From contig NZ_MWQY01000002.1 in the NCBI RefSeq assembly GCF_002087085.1, positions 248,001 through 312,000 on the forward strand: a DNA stretch of 64,000 nucleotides. Reading direction: 5' to 3'. The notes below the pieces were generated by a model, which saw only the letters and a list, made by a program, of their open reading frames with translations, was not told the origin of the DNA and ran no database searches. A program made the translations under genes and the position numbers. Below are positions 10,801 to 20,194 of this stretch, in pieces (position 1 is the first letter of the stretch; each line of letters starts with the position of its first letter).

Positions 10801-11247
10801 GGCTCTGTTTCCAATTATGTAATATAAAACCATTTCCCCGGCTGACGCGGCAACCAGGGCAGCAACTGCAGATGCTGTTATTAATGGGAGAATATCCCTG
10901 CTTCTTCTGAGAGTGCTTCCATCGCCCAAAGACGGCCGCAACAGAAACCCGAAAACCCAGCTGGCTGCAGAGTAACCGATGGACATAATTACTGAAACCA
11001 GGAAAAAGGATATTGATGGAACACTGCGAGACCCTGCGGTATTGATTAAAAAAGGCAGAAATACCCCCAGGGTAATTCCCAGGTAACCATAGGTCCCGAA
11101 CAGATATCCGGCAGCCAGGGCGACTCCTGCAGCGGGCCAATAGGTCGAAACCATGGCATCGCCGAGCTCGAAAAACCGGCCAATTACCATAAACAGGTAG
11201 TACGCAGCAGCTGTACCCAGGACCTGAAGCAGTTTTTTACCCTTCAT
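7840..11247 (-). CDS. Hybrid sensor histidine kinase (MASE1-like TM region, 2 PAS, HisKA, HATPase, degenerate REC)
   Basis: YWPAAGVALA (MASE1-like), FWKD..GVYLGCN (PAS), SHEIRTPMNAI, NLVGNSVKFT, DTGTGI, GTGLGL. Confidence 0.92.
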   Translation of the reverse strand: MKGKKLLQVLGTAAAYYLFMVIGRFFELGDAMVSTYWPAAGVALAAGYLFGTYGYLGITLGVFLPFLINTAGSRSVPSISFFLVSVIMSIGYSAASWVFGFLLRPSLGDGSTLRRSRDILPLITASAVAALVAASAGEMVLYYIIGNRANPGGYFILWFISIFGAALVMTPWLLSFFDPRSAGKLDSVTQRIIFLLFLVSVLTFGVLHRYFLDPFLLYMPIFLVLLGPLFFSMRQQGMLLNSAVLVVLLGSLNEGGIFNRGGIVRTLVPIVLFLSSVAVVVYGFVMALNYMRERRLTRVLRGRYRSVFILTVLGIIFTAVAFEVLSATANSWYQGPAGWILIGAGLYLPEIVLSFGIIFILLAFSYLLNSINREAEVESLVDSRTRELQQSRQMLSLILDNIPMSVFWKDSSGVYLGCNKRFAEDTGYESPQDIIGKTDDQLSPAEVAQFFYRDDEKILRSRTPKMNIQEPMPRSGGLVHYVRSSKIPIIDASGKAVAVLGLYEDITEERERNIRLENSERKYRALFQNSNDAIVIHDASGDILEVNESAAALFAYQKEELESLNVLALYRRKSSIDQMIRKLQQGVQLRKEQVLFNKQGEEIDTEISASLLDPRAGIVQIIIRDISQRKLAEARLKDAKHQAEEANQAKSHFIANMSHEIRTPMNAILGFTEVLLREIGDPDHRSYLSIIQKSGAALLGLINDILDLSKIDAGKLELNPGPVSIHELGREVMDIFSVSSEKKGLDISFSIEDDFPPRLILDGIRLRQILFNLVGNSVKFTEKGRVELDARLLKSGKKTADIVFAVRDTGTGIPAEEQEAIFQAFHQVRSQDTNKYGGTGLGLTISQRLARIMGGGISLKSETGSGSEFSLVLRKVPVYGKAADGDDQYREEHRDMYFRDATILAVDDVEDNLLLLKKYLDAARNLRLISATDSSTAVDLAREERPDLLIVSLGLTGKSGMKIAEDLKEVLGDEVPIIGLTASIIPETRARAVEAGIREVLVKPLRHRVFMDLLKRYLPLDLQQSPVVDDKGAGSYKKEALSAELHAEPGVYAEFRELFLEEWRNLTDSYYTEDLEDFAMRVAATAGERGAEDLRRWGIGLHLAASAVDIEGIEKAMADFPRILDVDNNESEESL

Positions 11248-11273
11248 ACCTTACCATTTTAGATATATTTGAA

Positions 11274-11933
11274 TCATTTTTCCAGCAGAAAACTCCGGAA
11301 ATCCTCCACCCGGGTAAAGTATTTCCGACAGCGCCTCTGCATCTCTTTTCTGATGGATGAAACCTGATGACCCCAGCCGGCCCCCAGGGTATCTATACCC
11401 AGCTGGCTGGCCATCTCTATTCCGGGGGAAAGGTCATCGAGCACCGCTGCCTCCCCTGGAGCTATACCCAAACGCTTCAGAGCCTCCCGGGCGGGCCAGG
11501 GATGGGGTTTGCGTCGCTCAGGATCATCGTTCCAGCCGAAGACCAGATCCGGGACAAAGCCTTCCGCTCCGTGGGAGTAGTCCCGGAGAATATGCTCCTC
11601 CTCCGAATGGGACACCACGACCACCAGACCTCCGGCGTCGCGAAAACTTTTAAGAGTATCGACAATGCCGGGAAAGAAACCGGGGATACGGGTTGTGGTA
11701 TAGCTCCGCCAGATGGAGAACTCTTCCTTCATCTCTTCGGGGCTGAAGTTCAGTTCCCCCGTGTAGTAGTGAAACACGCCGGGATGGAAATTCTTTTCGA
11801 ACCATACATCCAGGGATTCCGGCTCCAGTCCGGGCCGCATCTGCCGAATGATCTCGCAATGGGCCGGATAATGGATGTGCCGGGTACTGTCGACGCAGGT
11901 ATCATCATGGTCGACAAGAAGACAACGATACAT
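11274..11933 (-). CDS. HAD family hydrolase
   Basis: DHDDT motif I, VVSH motif II, RKPHP motif III, LDD motif IV. Confidence 0.85.
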   Translation of the reverse strand: MYRCLLVDHDDTCVDSTRHIHYPAHCEIIRQMRPGLEPESLDVWFEKNFHPGVFHYYTGELNFSPEEMKEEFSIWRSYTTTRIPGFFPGIVDTLKSFRDAGGLVVVVSHSEEEHILRDYSHGAEGFVPDLVFGWNDDPERRKPHPWPAREALKRLGIAPGEAAVLDDLSPGIEMASQLGIDTLGAGWGHQVSSIRKEMQRRCRKYFTRVEDFRSFLLEK

Positions 11934-11996
11934 AACAACTCCCCTGGGATACTGATTTCTTGCGTTTCCCGACGTTTACTGGTACATTATTACAGC

Positions 11997-12374
11997 ATGC
12001 TTGTACGCAATAAAATTACAACGGAACATTTGGATTTCGCAATAGCCAACGGCGAGTTTCCCCGGGAAGTCCTGGAGGCCGCTCCTCTGGTGGCCTGTAT
12101 TATGACCCAGAGCTGGTGTCCCCAGTGGGTGTTCATGCGCAGCTGGCTGAAACAGCTGGAAAAATCCACCGACACTACTGAAGGTCTCAATATTCACACC
12201 TTCGAAGCAGAATACGATAAAATGTCGAATCTTCCCGAATTCCGCACTTTCAAGGAACAGGTCTGGAATAACTGGGAAGTCCCGTACATCCGCTACTACT
12301 CCGGCGGCAATCTTATTCACGAATCAAATTTCGTCTCCGCCATGATGTTCCTGGATAATCTGAAAAATCAGTAA
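11997..12374 (+). CDS. Small thioredoxin-like hypothetical protein
   Basis: C-terminal part of ORF 11367..12374 starting MLVRNKIT; TQSWCPQW and VPYIRYY..G resemble the thioredoxin fold with a single Cys. Confidence 0.6.
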   Translation: MLVRNKITTEHLDFAIANGEFPREVLEAAPLVACIMTQSWCPQWVFMRSWLKQLEKSTDTTEGLNIHTFEAEYDKMSNLPEFRTFKEQVWNNWEVPYIRYYSGGNLIHESNFVSAMMFLDNLKNQ

Positions 12375-12414
12375 AGGGATGCTCCAAAAACGTGGTATTT
12401 TGGGGAGGTGCCCT
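12375..12414. repeat. 40-bp inverted-repeat element; short relative of the 57589..57739 element
   Basis: AGGGATGCTCCAAAAACGTGGTA-TTTTGGGGAGGTGCCCT matches both ends of the reverse complement of 57589..57739. Confidence 0.6.
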
Positions 12415-12422
12415 GAAGCAGC

Positions 12423-13430
12423 TCAAACAGGCATTTCACCTCCGGGAATATAGAAAAAGCGCAGCATGCTCACAATATAGACGATATACAGGAATATCAG
12501 CACGAATCCCTTCCATCGGTGGAGGGTATGCCGGTGACGGGCAAGCAGAAGCATGGTAACGACCATAATGATCATGGATGGAAAGGCAAAGTAGATTACA
12601 TTTGTCCCCACCTGTATGGTGTTCGCCGCCGCCGCGGCACCGACAATCCAGAGAATGTTCAGAATATCCGCCCCGATAATATCTCCGAAGGCAAGATCGC
12701 CGTGCCCCTTGCGGGCGGCGGTAATGCAGGTGGCGATCTCCGGCAGGGATGTACCGATGGCGATAATCGTCAAACCGATTATGACCTCCGGGACCTGGAA
12801 AAACCGGGCGATATTCAGGGATGAACTGACGAGAAACTCACTGGCGATAATGACCCCTGCAACGCCGATAAAAAAGAGGAGCAGCTGTTTACCCAGGGAA
12901 CCGGGTTTTATGTGTTCTTCAATTTCCTCTTCCGGAGGCGGAGCAAGACCCGCATTCTTTTTGCTGCTGTGAACCATGACGATCAGATATCCCGCCAGGA
13001 TTGCGAGAAGCATGAATCCCTCAAGGCGACTGATTATGCCGTTGACCGCCAGTCCGAAGGCAAAGAGGTCTATAACAACAAGGAAAAGACCCACCCGCTT
13101 GAGGACTCCCGGATTTATAGTGATGGCCTTCGGAGCGACAAGTATTGCCAGGGCCAGTGCCACACCGTCATCGACTATTACCGAACCGATGGCGTTGCCC
13201 AGGGCGATCTCCGGAAAACCCCGTATCGCCGACATAAGAGAAACCGTGAACTCCGGTGCGGTTGTAGCGAAGCCGACCAGAACAATACCGATTATCACCT
13301 TGTCGATCCGGGCCTTCACCGCGACACCGACGGCTCCATCCACCAGGAAATCCGCACTCTTCGCGAGGACATAAAAACTGGCAGACAATACGAGAAAGTT
13401 AAGCACCATGTTTTCAGCGGGTAAATGCAT
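12423..13430 (-). CDS. Calcium/sodium antiporter (CaCA family, YrbG-like)
   Basis: Two alpha repeats GFATTAPEF...GNAIGS and AIGTSLPEI...GDIIGA; about 10 TM helices. Confidence 0.92.
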   Translation of the reverse strand: MHLPAENMVLNFLVLSASFYVLAKSADFLVDGAVGVAVKARIDKVIIGIVLVGFATTAPEFTVSLMSAIRGFPEIALGNAIGSVIVDDGVALALAILVAPKAITINPGVLKRVGLFLVVIDLFAFGLAVNGIISRLEGFMLLAILAGYLIVMVHSSKKNAGLAPPPEEEIEEHIKPGSLGKQLLLFFIGVAGVIIASEFLVSSSLNIARFFQVPEVIIGLTIIAIGTSLPEIATCITAARKGHGDLAFGDIIGADILNILWIVGAAAAANTIQVGTNVIYFAFPSMIIMVVTMLLLARHRHTLHRWKGFVLIFLYIVYIVSMLRFFYIPGGEMPV

Positions 13431-13579
13431 GAAACGCCTCTCATTTTCGATGGAAAAATCAGGATTGAGTGTAACCGTTGTGCCGTTTCCGTTGCAAGTG
13501 AAGAATACTCGCTGCCAGCTGCAGGGGGCTTTAAAATAATTTTCTGGCCTTCCCGGACTTTATCCGGCATAATGGGATT

Positions 13580-15256
13580 ATGGCAAATGATATCGAAATA
13601 GCCCGGAGTTACACCCTCAGGCCCATCGAAGAGATTGCGGCGGGCATTGGAATCGGAAAAGAAGATTTACGGAATTACGGACCCTACATTGCAAAAATCA
13701 GACAGCCGGCCCTTTCGAGACTCCTGGAAAAACCCCAGCGGGGAAAACTGATTCTTGTCAGTGCCATAACCCCCACCCCGGCGGGGGAAGGAAAAACGAC
13801 TACAAGCATAGCCCTTGCTCAGGGTCTGGCCAGAACAGGGAAAAACCCCATTGTAGCCCTCAGGGAACCGTCCCTGGGTCCGGTTTTTGGAATAAAAGGA
13901 GGCGCAACCGGGGGAGGCCACTCCCAGGTTCTTCCCATGGAGGACATCAACCTTCATTTTACCGGAGACCTCCACGCTGTAACCAGCGCCCATAATCTTA
14001 TTGCCGCTGCCCTGGATAACCGCCTGCATTACCGCCAGGGACTTCGCGTCTCACCGAGGAACGTCCTGTGGCCCCGGGTAATGGACATGAACGACCGCGC
14101 CCTGCGCAGCATGGTCATCGGCCTGGGGGGCAGCAGCCACGGTGTACCCCGGGAGTGCGGATTCGATATAACCGCTGCCTCCGAGATAATGGCGATCCTG
14201 TGCCTCTCCACGGGCTATGAAGACCTCAAGAACAGAATCGCCCGTATTCTGCTGGCCTTTACCGAGGATGGTGATCCTGTCCGGGTGGCGGATCTGAAGG
14301 TCCAGGGTGCTGCAGCCGCTCTTTTACGGGAGGCCCTGCTGCCGAACCTGGTGCAGACCGGGGAAGGCGTTCCGGCCCTGATTCACGGCGGCCCCTTTGC
14401 CAACATAGCCCAGGGAGCCAATTCGGTAATGGCCACAAACCTGGCTCTGCGCTGCTCCGACTACACCGTCACGGAGGCCGGCTTCGGCTTCGACCTGGGA
14501 GCTGAGAAATTCTTCGATATCGTGGCTCCCTCCGGAGGATTTTCCCCGGATGCCGTTGTACTCGTGGCCACCGTTCGGGCCCTTAAGATGCACGGAGAAG
14601 TCCCGAAGAGTGAACTTGACAGGCCGGACCCGGCGGCTGTGGCGAAAGGGGGAGAGAATCTGGAGAAGCACCTGGAGAACATCGCCAAATTCCGGGTTCC
14701 CGCGATTGTTGCCATCAACCGCTTTCCAGGCGATACGGATGAGGAAATCGAGGCGGTCAGGAAAATCTGCGAATCAAAAAATGCTGCCTACGCGGTCTCA
14801 ACGGGCTGGGCCGACGGCGGTAAAGGTGCGGTCGCACTGGCAGAGGAGGTCAGCAGGGTCTGCGAAACCGGAGAAAAGGGCAAGGCAGCCCGTCTGTATG
14901 ACTGGAAGCTCCCGGTGGAAGAAAAGATCGCCATAGTCGCCCACGAGATATACGGTGCCGAGGCGGTTGACTATACCACGGAGGCAAAAAAGGACCTGCG
15001 GCGAATTCAGAAGCTCGGCTACGGAGAGCTTCCGGTGTGCATAGCAAAGACCCAGAGTTCCCTCTCGGACAATCCCAGACTCCTTGGACGACCCAAGGAT
15101 TTCCTGGTTACCGTGAGACGTATTCTGATCTCCGCAGGGGCCGGATTCCTGGTTCCCCTTACAGGAGACATTCTCCGAATGCCGGGGCTGCCCCGTGTAC
15201 CGGCGGCGGAAAATATTGATATCGACGCAGAGGGCAACATCAGCGGTCTTTTCTGA
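13580..15256 (+). CDS. fhs: Formate--tetrahydrofolate ligase
   Basis: TPTPAGEGKTT, KGGATGGG, INLHFTGDLHA, HGGPFANIA, TEAGFGFDLGAEKF, MPGLP. Confidence 0.97.
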   Translation: MANDIEIARSYTLRPIEEIAAGIGIGKEDLRNYGPYIAKIRQPALSRLLEKPQRGKLILVSAITPTPAGEGKTTTSIALAQGLARTGKNPIVALREPSLGPVFGIKGGATGGGHSQVLPMEDINLHFTGDLHAVTSAHNLIAAALDNRLHYRQGLRVSPRNVLWPRVMDMNDRALRSMVIGLGGSSHGVPRECGFDITAASEIMAILCLSTGYEDLKNRIARILLAFTEDGDPVRVADLKVQGAAAALLREALLPNLVQTGEGVPALIHGGPFANIAQGANSVMATNLALRCSDYTVTEAGFGFDLGAEKFFDIVAPSGGFSPDAVVLVATVRALKMHGEVPKSELDRPDPAAVAKGGENLEKHLENIAKFRVPAIVAINRFPGDTDEEIEAVRKICESKNAAYAVSTGWADGGKGAVALAEEVSRVCETGEKGKAARLYDWKLPVEEKIAIVAHEIYGAEAVDYTTEAKKDLRRIQKLGYGELPVCIAKTQSSLSDNPRLLGRPKDFLVTVRRILISAGAGFLVPLTGDILRMPGLPRVPAAENIDIDAEGNISGLF

Positions 15257-15339
15257 ACAATCGTATCATATATTACTGCTCTTCCGGGATTATGTGAGTA
15301 ATTTTATCATATAAGACAAAATCCAGCCCGGGAGGCAGT

Positions 15340-16383
15340 ATGAAGAAAATTGCTTTCTTTGACACAAAACCCTATGACCGCCGCTACTTCGAGGCACAGC
15401 TTGACGGCAGGGAATTTGAAATCAGCTTCTTCGAGACCCGCCTGTCCCGGAAAACCGCGGACCTGGTGAAGGGCTTTGACGGGGTATGTGCCTTTGTCAA
15501 CGATACCATCGATGACAAAGTTATTGAAATTCTGAAGCGGGAAAATATCGGTGTCGTGGCGATGCGCTGCGCCGGCTACAACAACGTGGACCTGAAAGCC
15601 GCCTATAAGAGCGTGCATGTTCTCCGGGTCCCGGCCTATTCCCCCTATGCTGTTGCGGAGCATGCAATGGCGCTCATTCTTACCCTCAATCGCAGGACCC
15701 ATAAGTCCTACTTACGGACACGAGAGAGCAACTTTGCCCTGGCAGGTCTCGAAGGCTTCGATCTTAACAGGAAAACCGCCGGGGTAATCGGTACGGGTAA
15801 AATCGGCAGGGTCATGATCAGTATACTCAAGGGTTTCGGAATGAATATCCTGGCCTATGATCCCTATCCCGACCAGGATTTTGCCGGACGGGAAGGCTTT
15901 TCCTATGTGGATCCCGGCACCCTGTACTCCCGGTCCGACATACTATCCCTCCATTGTCCCCTTACCAGGGAAACCCATCATCTGATAAACGAGGAGGCCC
16001 TGGAGGCGATGAAACCCGGGGTCATGATTATCAACACCAGCCGGGGCGGTTTAATAGATACAAAAGCCCTGGTGGAAGGACTCAAGGGAGGAAAAATCGG
16101 TTACGCCGGCCTTGATGTATATGAAGAAGAGGGGGACTACTTTTTCGAAGACCTCTCGGGAGAAATTATCTCCGATGATATTCTGGCCCGGCTTCTGACC
16201 TTTCCCAACGTACTTATCACAGCTCACCAGGGCTTCTTTACCCGGGAAGCCCTGGCGAACATTGCGGAAACAAGCTTGGAAAACTTCCGTGCCTACTTTA
16301 ACGGCGGTCCTCTGGAAAACGAAGTCTGCTACCGCTGCGACCGTCCGGAATGCCGCAAGGAAACCGCAGGACGCTGCTTCTAG
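15340..16383 (+). CDS. ldhA: D-lactate dehydrogenase (D-2-hydroxyacid dehydrogenase)
   Basis: RCAGYNNVD, VPAYSPYAVAEH, GTGKIG, INTSRG, LDVYEEE, ITAHQGFFT. Confidence 0.88.
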   Translation: MKKIAFFDTKPYDRRYFEAQLDGREFEISFFETRLSRKTADLVKGFDGVCAFVNDTIDDKVIEILKRENIGVVAMRCAGYNNVDLKAAYKSVHVLRVPAYSPYAVAEHAMALILTLNRRTHKSYLRTRESNFALAGLEGFDLNRKTAGVIGTGKIGRVMISILKGFGMNILAYDPYPDQDFAGREGFSYVDPGTLYSRSDILSLHCPLTRETHHLINEEALEAMKPGVMIINTSRGGLIDTKALVEGLKGGKIGYAGLDVYEEEGDYFFEDLSGEIISDDILARLLTFPNVLITAHQGFFTREALANIAETSLENFRAYFNGGPLENEVCYRCDRPECRKETAGRCF

Positions 16384-18284
16384 CGGAAGAGTTTGTCGAT
16401 TTCCTCCTCGTAGAGCTCGGCGATAACATGGCGTTTAACCTCCTGTTTTGCCGAGAGCTCTCTGCCGATTTCAAAACTTCGGGGGATAAGGGCAAAACGA
16501 TAAATACGCTCAAAATGCTTGAAGCCGTTCTTTCCGCTGATAAGTTCCTGTATTTCGCTGTTGAAGAGTTCCCATACATCCGGCAGCTCCAGCATATCTT
16601 CGCGGGTAATATAGGGCACGTGGTTTGCTTTAATGTAATGCTCCACCTCTTTGGCATCGGGAACAATCAGAACCCCAAGGAACTTCCTGTCCTGCCCGAC
16701 CACCATAGCCTGCTCAATGTATATGGACTCCCTCAGTTTGGCCTCGATAGGTCCGGGTTCGATGTTTTCACCGCCGAAAAGGACTATGGTGTCCTTGGCC
16801 CGGCCGCGGATATCGAACTCCCCATCCCTGGTCCAGACGCCGAGGTCCCCTGTGTTTAACCATCCCTCTTCATCGACAATCCGGCGGGTAAGGTCTTCCC
16901 GTTTGTAATACCCCTTCATATTCTGGGGTCCCCGGGCCAGAACCACTCCCCGGGTATTCGGCGGAACATCCCTGCCTTCGTCGTCCACGATACGTATTTC
17001 CGTCTCAGGAAACACATCCAGGGTCAGAGGCACAGGGCGAAAATAATTCCGGACTGCCACAACCGGACCGGTCTCCGTCAATCCGTAACCGTTTAAAAGG
17101 CAGACCCCGGCGGCCTGAAAAAAGGAATCCACCGCCGCGGGAAGAGATCCGCCCCCCGATACACCTGCCCTGAAACGTCCGCCCAGTTTCTTCTTGATGG
17201 CGGAGAAGACGAGGACGTTCCCCAGCTGTTTAAAGGGGAAAAGCAGGATCAGCGGTACCAGACTGATAAGCTTGTCCAGCAGTCTGTTGCGGTATTCAAA
17301 GCGGGGCATCCGTCCGAGAAACATGTTCCGCATGGTGGCATAGACGCCGCCGACCCAGACAAAGAAGTGAAAAAGGACTCTGCTTACCACTGGCTTGGAT
17401 GCAACATTTCGATAGATGCCGGTTTTTACAGCCTCCCATATTCTGGGGACTGAACCCATCCACTGGGGCTGGACAGCCTGAAAATCCTGGAGCATGATCT
17501 TTCCAATGGGTTTTGAATAGGCAAGAGCGCTTACCGTTCCGATGGCGACATACTGTATAACCCGCTCAAAGGAGTGCCATACCGGAAGCACCGAAAGCCA
17601 TATATCCCCGGGCTGTATGTCCACTATTTTCTTGACCCCTTTCACCTGGTGCAGGTAGGAACGGTTTGTCAGCATTACCCCCTTGGGTTCCCCGGTGGTG
17701 CCGGAGGTAAATATTATGGTTACCACATCATCGATATCACCCTTATCTATTTCCTGTTCAAGAAACTCAGGGTCCTTTTTTATTGCTTTGGCCCCCCGTT
17801 CCATTACATCTCCATAGGTATGGAGTTTAAGGCCCCGGGGGATCTTTTCCAGCTCCGAAGGATCGAACTCCTGATCCAGTACAACCATGATTTTCATGGA
17901 CGGCAGTTCGTGAACAACGCTCAGTACCTTTTCCGCCATTTCCCTGTTTTCCACAAAGACAAGGCGGCACTCCGCGTAATTCAGAATAAACGCGATCTCC
18001 TGAGGCATGGAATCGCGTCCCCGGGGCACATCCATGGCGCCGAGACTGATGCTTGCCAGATCAGCCACAAGCCACTCTTTTCTGTTGTCCGCGATCAAAC
18101 CCAGATGATCACTGCGGCGAACACCCAGATCGTGCAGGCCGGAGGCGAATACGGATACCTCCCGATACAACTCAGAAAAGCTGACGGGAACAAAAGCCCC
18201 TCTGGAGTTCTTGGAATACTGGGCGGCATGGTCGGGATAATCCCGTACAATAGATCGAAAAAGTTGAGGTATAGTTGCAGTCAT
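16380..18284 (-). CDS. Long-chain fatty acid--CoA ligase
   Basis: IIFTSGTTGEPKGVML, GYGLTET, GWLNTGDLG, GRAKD, GENIEP. Confidence 0.92.
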   Translation of the reverse strand: MTATIPQLFRSIVRDYPDHAAQYSKNSRGAFVPVSFSELYREVSVFASGLHDLGVRRSDHLGLIADNRKEWLVADLASISLGAMDVPRGRDSMPQEIAFILNYAECRLVFVENREMAEKVLSVVHELPSMKIMVVLDQEFDPSELEKIPRGLKLHTYGDVMERGAKAIKKDPEFLEQEIDKGDIDDVVTIIFTSGTTGEPKGVMLTNRSYLHQVKGVKKIVDIQPGDIWLSVLPVWHSFERVIQYVAIGTVSALAYSKPIGKIMLQDFQAVQPQWMGSVPRIWEAVKTGIYRNVASKPVVSRVLFHFFVWVGGVYATMRNMFLGRMPRFEYRNRLLDKLISLVPLILLFPFKQLGNVLVFSAIKKKLGGRFRAGVSGGGSLPAAVDSFFQAAGVCLLNGYGLTETGPVVAVRNYFRPVPLTLDVFPETEIRIVDDEGRDVPPNTRGVVLARGPQNMKGYYKREDLTRRIVDEEGWLNTGDLGVWTRDGEFDIRGRAKDTIVLFGGENIEPGPIEAKLRESIYIEQAMVVGQDRKFLGVLIVPDAKEVEHYIKANHVPYITREDMLELPDVWELFNSEIQELISGKNGFKHFERIYRFALIPRSFEIGRELSAKQEVKRHVIAELYEEEIDKLFR

Positions 18285-18514
18285 GGCTTAAATATACAAT
18301 GACAATGTCCGGGACACAAGCAAATATTCGGCCGGTGGCCGACAAAAATAGAAGGGGATATTTATTCCCGGCTCCTGAACGGAAAAATAGGTTTATGGAT
18401 ATATTGCCTAGAGCTGATTCATCGTCTATTCTTTTATAAGAGGGCGATAGTAAAGGCTTTTACTATGGCTTCGAATTCACGCGGAACGTTGGAAGAACAG
18501 GTAAAGGAGCACAC

Positions 18515-19399
18515 ATGCAGATCCGCACAACAGGAAACAGCAAATATCTATTTCGAATACTGATCCCGGTATTCATTGTTCTACTGCTAATGGGAAGCTG
18601 CTCGACAATTGAAGGTGTCCTGAATCTGACCAGGCCCACTGCCGAGTTTGAAAAAGTGGAAATTACAGGACTGAGTTTTGACCGGGCAGACCTGCTCTTT
18701 TATGTTACCGTCCGCAACCCGAACTCCATCGGTTTAAAGCTTGCCGGTCTGGAGTACGATCTCGCAATGGAAAACCAATCACTGATCCGGGGTAATCTGG
18801 ACAAAGGGGTGGATCTGAGGGCCGGTGAGTCGGCCCTTCTGGAAGTACCTGTTTCCCTGGGCTATGCAAATATCTTCAATACCGTACAGACGGCCCGGGA
18901 GAAGGATGAGCTTGACTACAAGGTTGATCTGGGTTTTACCTTCACCATTCCCGGCTACAGCAGCCTGAAGGTACCCCTCTCTTTTACCGGGACCGTCCCG
19001 GTACCGAAGCTTCCTTCCCTGAACCTGGCATCCCTGCAGGTGAGAAACGTCAGTCTTACACGAATCGATCTTGAGCTGCAGCTCGAGGTATTCAATCCAA
19101 ACAAATTCACCATCGATCTGAATAATTTCAACTATGATCTGACCGTAGCCGGCCGGCCATGGGTCCGGGGAAGCAAGGTTCGACCCTTGAGTTTTCGCGG
19201 AAAAAGTACGAGTACCGCGGCGATTCCCCTCTCCCTCAACATTGTGGAAGTAGGCCGCTCGGTTGTGGATCTGCTGTCGGGGAACCGCAGGCTGGATTAT
19301 CAGCTCAGGGGCGACACCCGGATTGATACCGGGCTGCCTTTACTGCAGGACTATCTTTTCAGTTTTTCAAAAGACGGACAGGCGGAGGTTTTCCGCTGA
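18515..19399 (+). CDS. LEA type 2 (tandem WHy domain) lipoprotein
   Basis: Lipobox LLMGSC; two V-x-NPN repeats (VRNPNS, VFNPNK). Confidence 0.8.
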   Translation: MQIRTTGNSKYLFRILIPVFIVLLLMGSCSTIEGVLNLTRPTAEFEKVEITGLSFDRADLLFYVTVRNPNSIGLKLAGLEYDLAMENQSLIRGNLDKGVDLRAGESALLEVPVSLGYANIFNTVQTAREKDELDYKVDLGFTFTIPGYSSLKVPLSFTGTVPVPKLPSLNLASLQVRNVSLTRIDLELQLEVFNPNKFTIDLNNFNYDLTVAGRPWVRGSKVRPLSFRGKSTSTAAIPLSLNIVEVGRSVVDLLSGNRRLDYQLRGDTRIDTGLPLLQDYLFSFSKDGQAEVFR

Positions 19400-19402
19400 A
19401 AA

Positions 19403-20113
19403 CTAGTAATCCCTTCGGGAATATCGTCCTCCCCTTCGTTCAGACCGGGAGGACTTTCCGCTTACAAGCCTGACGATGAGAAGAAAAACAATCAGTCCCG
19501 CGGCTGCCCAGAGGAGGGTCCACAGAACGGGGGTTCCAAAAAGATACCCGGCCATACGGGTGGCATCGGAAATATGACCTGAAGGATTAATCAGATCTCC
19601 CCGGATATCAAATAGAACATAAAAAATTCCCAGCATCCCGAAGAGTTTCAGTACAAGATCGTTCAGAATTCCCGGAAGAAGAAACCCGATTAAAAAGAGC
19701 GCGATACCAAAGATAACCGCGTACACCATTGTAAGTCCCACGGAGGCAAAAACAAGGGAGAGAATAACGAGTCCAACCCCCAGCAGCATGGTCACAAGCT
19801 TGTCAAAACGGAAAACTGTGGAAGTCAAAAGAAGGAGAAAACCGAGAACCATGGCTCCGGCATAACCTGCGATAACAGTCAATCCTTCCGCTCCTCCGCT
19901 CACAGCTATGGTGAACCCGGATTCCAGTCCCGCACTGACGGAGTCTATTCTGCCGCCACTGATCACCACGGACAGGGCTCTCCCGCTGTCATACAGAAGG
20001 TCTGCAATAATCCTTATCGGGAGCAAAGCAGGAAACTCCCAGAACAGCCAGATTGCGCCGGTTAAAAGAATCAGCAACAGAAAATGAATCAAAGTAAAGC
20101 CGCTTCGCCTCAT
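19403..20113 (-). CDS. Peptidase M50B-like membrane protein lacking HExxH
   Basis: P-IRII-ADLLYDSGRAL...SGG, AGYAG and SDA follow the M50B layout; multiple TM helices. Confidence 0.7.
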   Translation of the reverse strand: MRRSGFTLIHFLLLILLTGAIWLFWEFPALLPIRIIADLLYDSGRALSVVISGGRIDSVSAGLESGFTIAVSGGAEGLTVIAGYAGAMVLGFLLLLTSTVFRFDKLVTMLLGVGLVILSLVFASVGLTMVYAVIFGIALFLIGFLLPGILNDLVLKLFGMLGIFYVLFDIRGDLINPSGHISDATRMAGYLFGTPVLWTLLWAAAGLIVFLLIVRLVSGKSSRSERRGGRYSRRDY

Positions 20114-20194
20114 AGGTTCCCTCACTCATCTGCTTTAATGATTTTTTTGTTATCGGATATGTACTGCATTCCCTGAAACACCACCCTGGATGAC

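Noticed and set aside
11367..11996. N-terminal 210 aa of ORF 11367..12374, and similar 5' extensions on 3736.., 40922.., ..32816, ..57654 and ..60249
   Set aside because: These extensions overlap neighbouring genes or repeat elements; downstream starts fit SD sites or domain boundaries better.
13431..13579. THF or ZTP riboswitch upstream of fhs
   Set aside because: No recognisable consensus, and a -10-like box 6 nt before the ATG leaves no leader. A covariance-model scan would be decisive.
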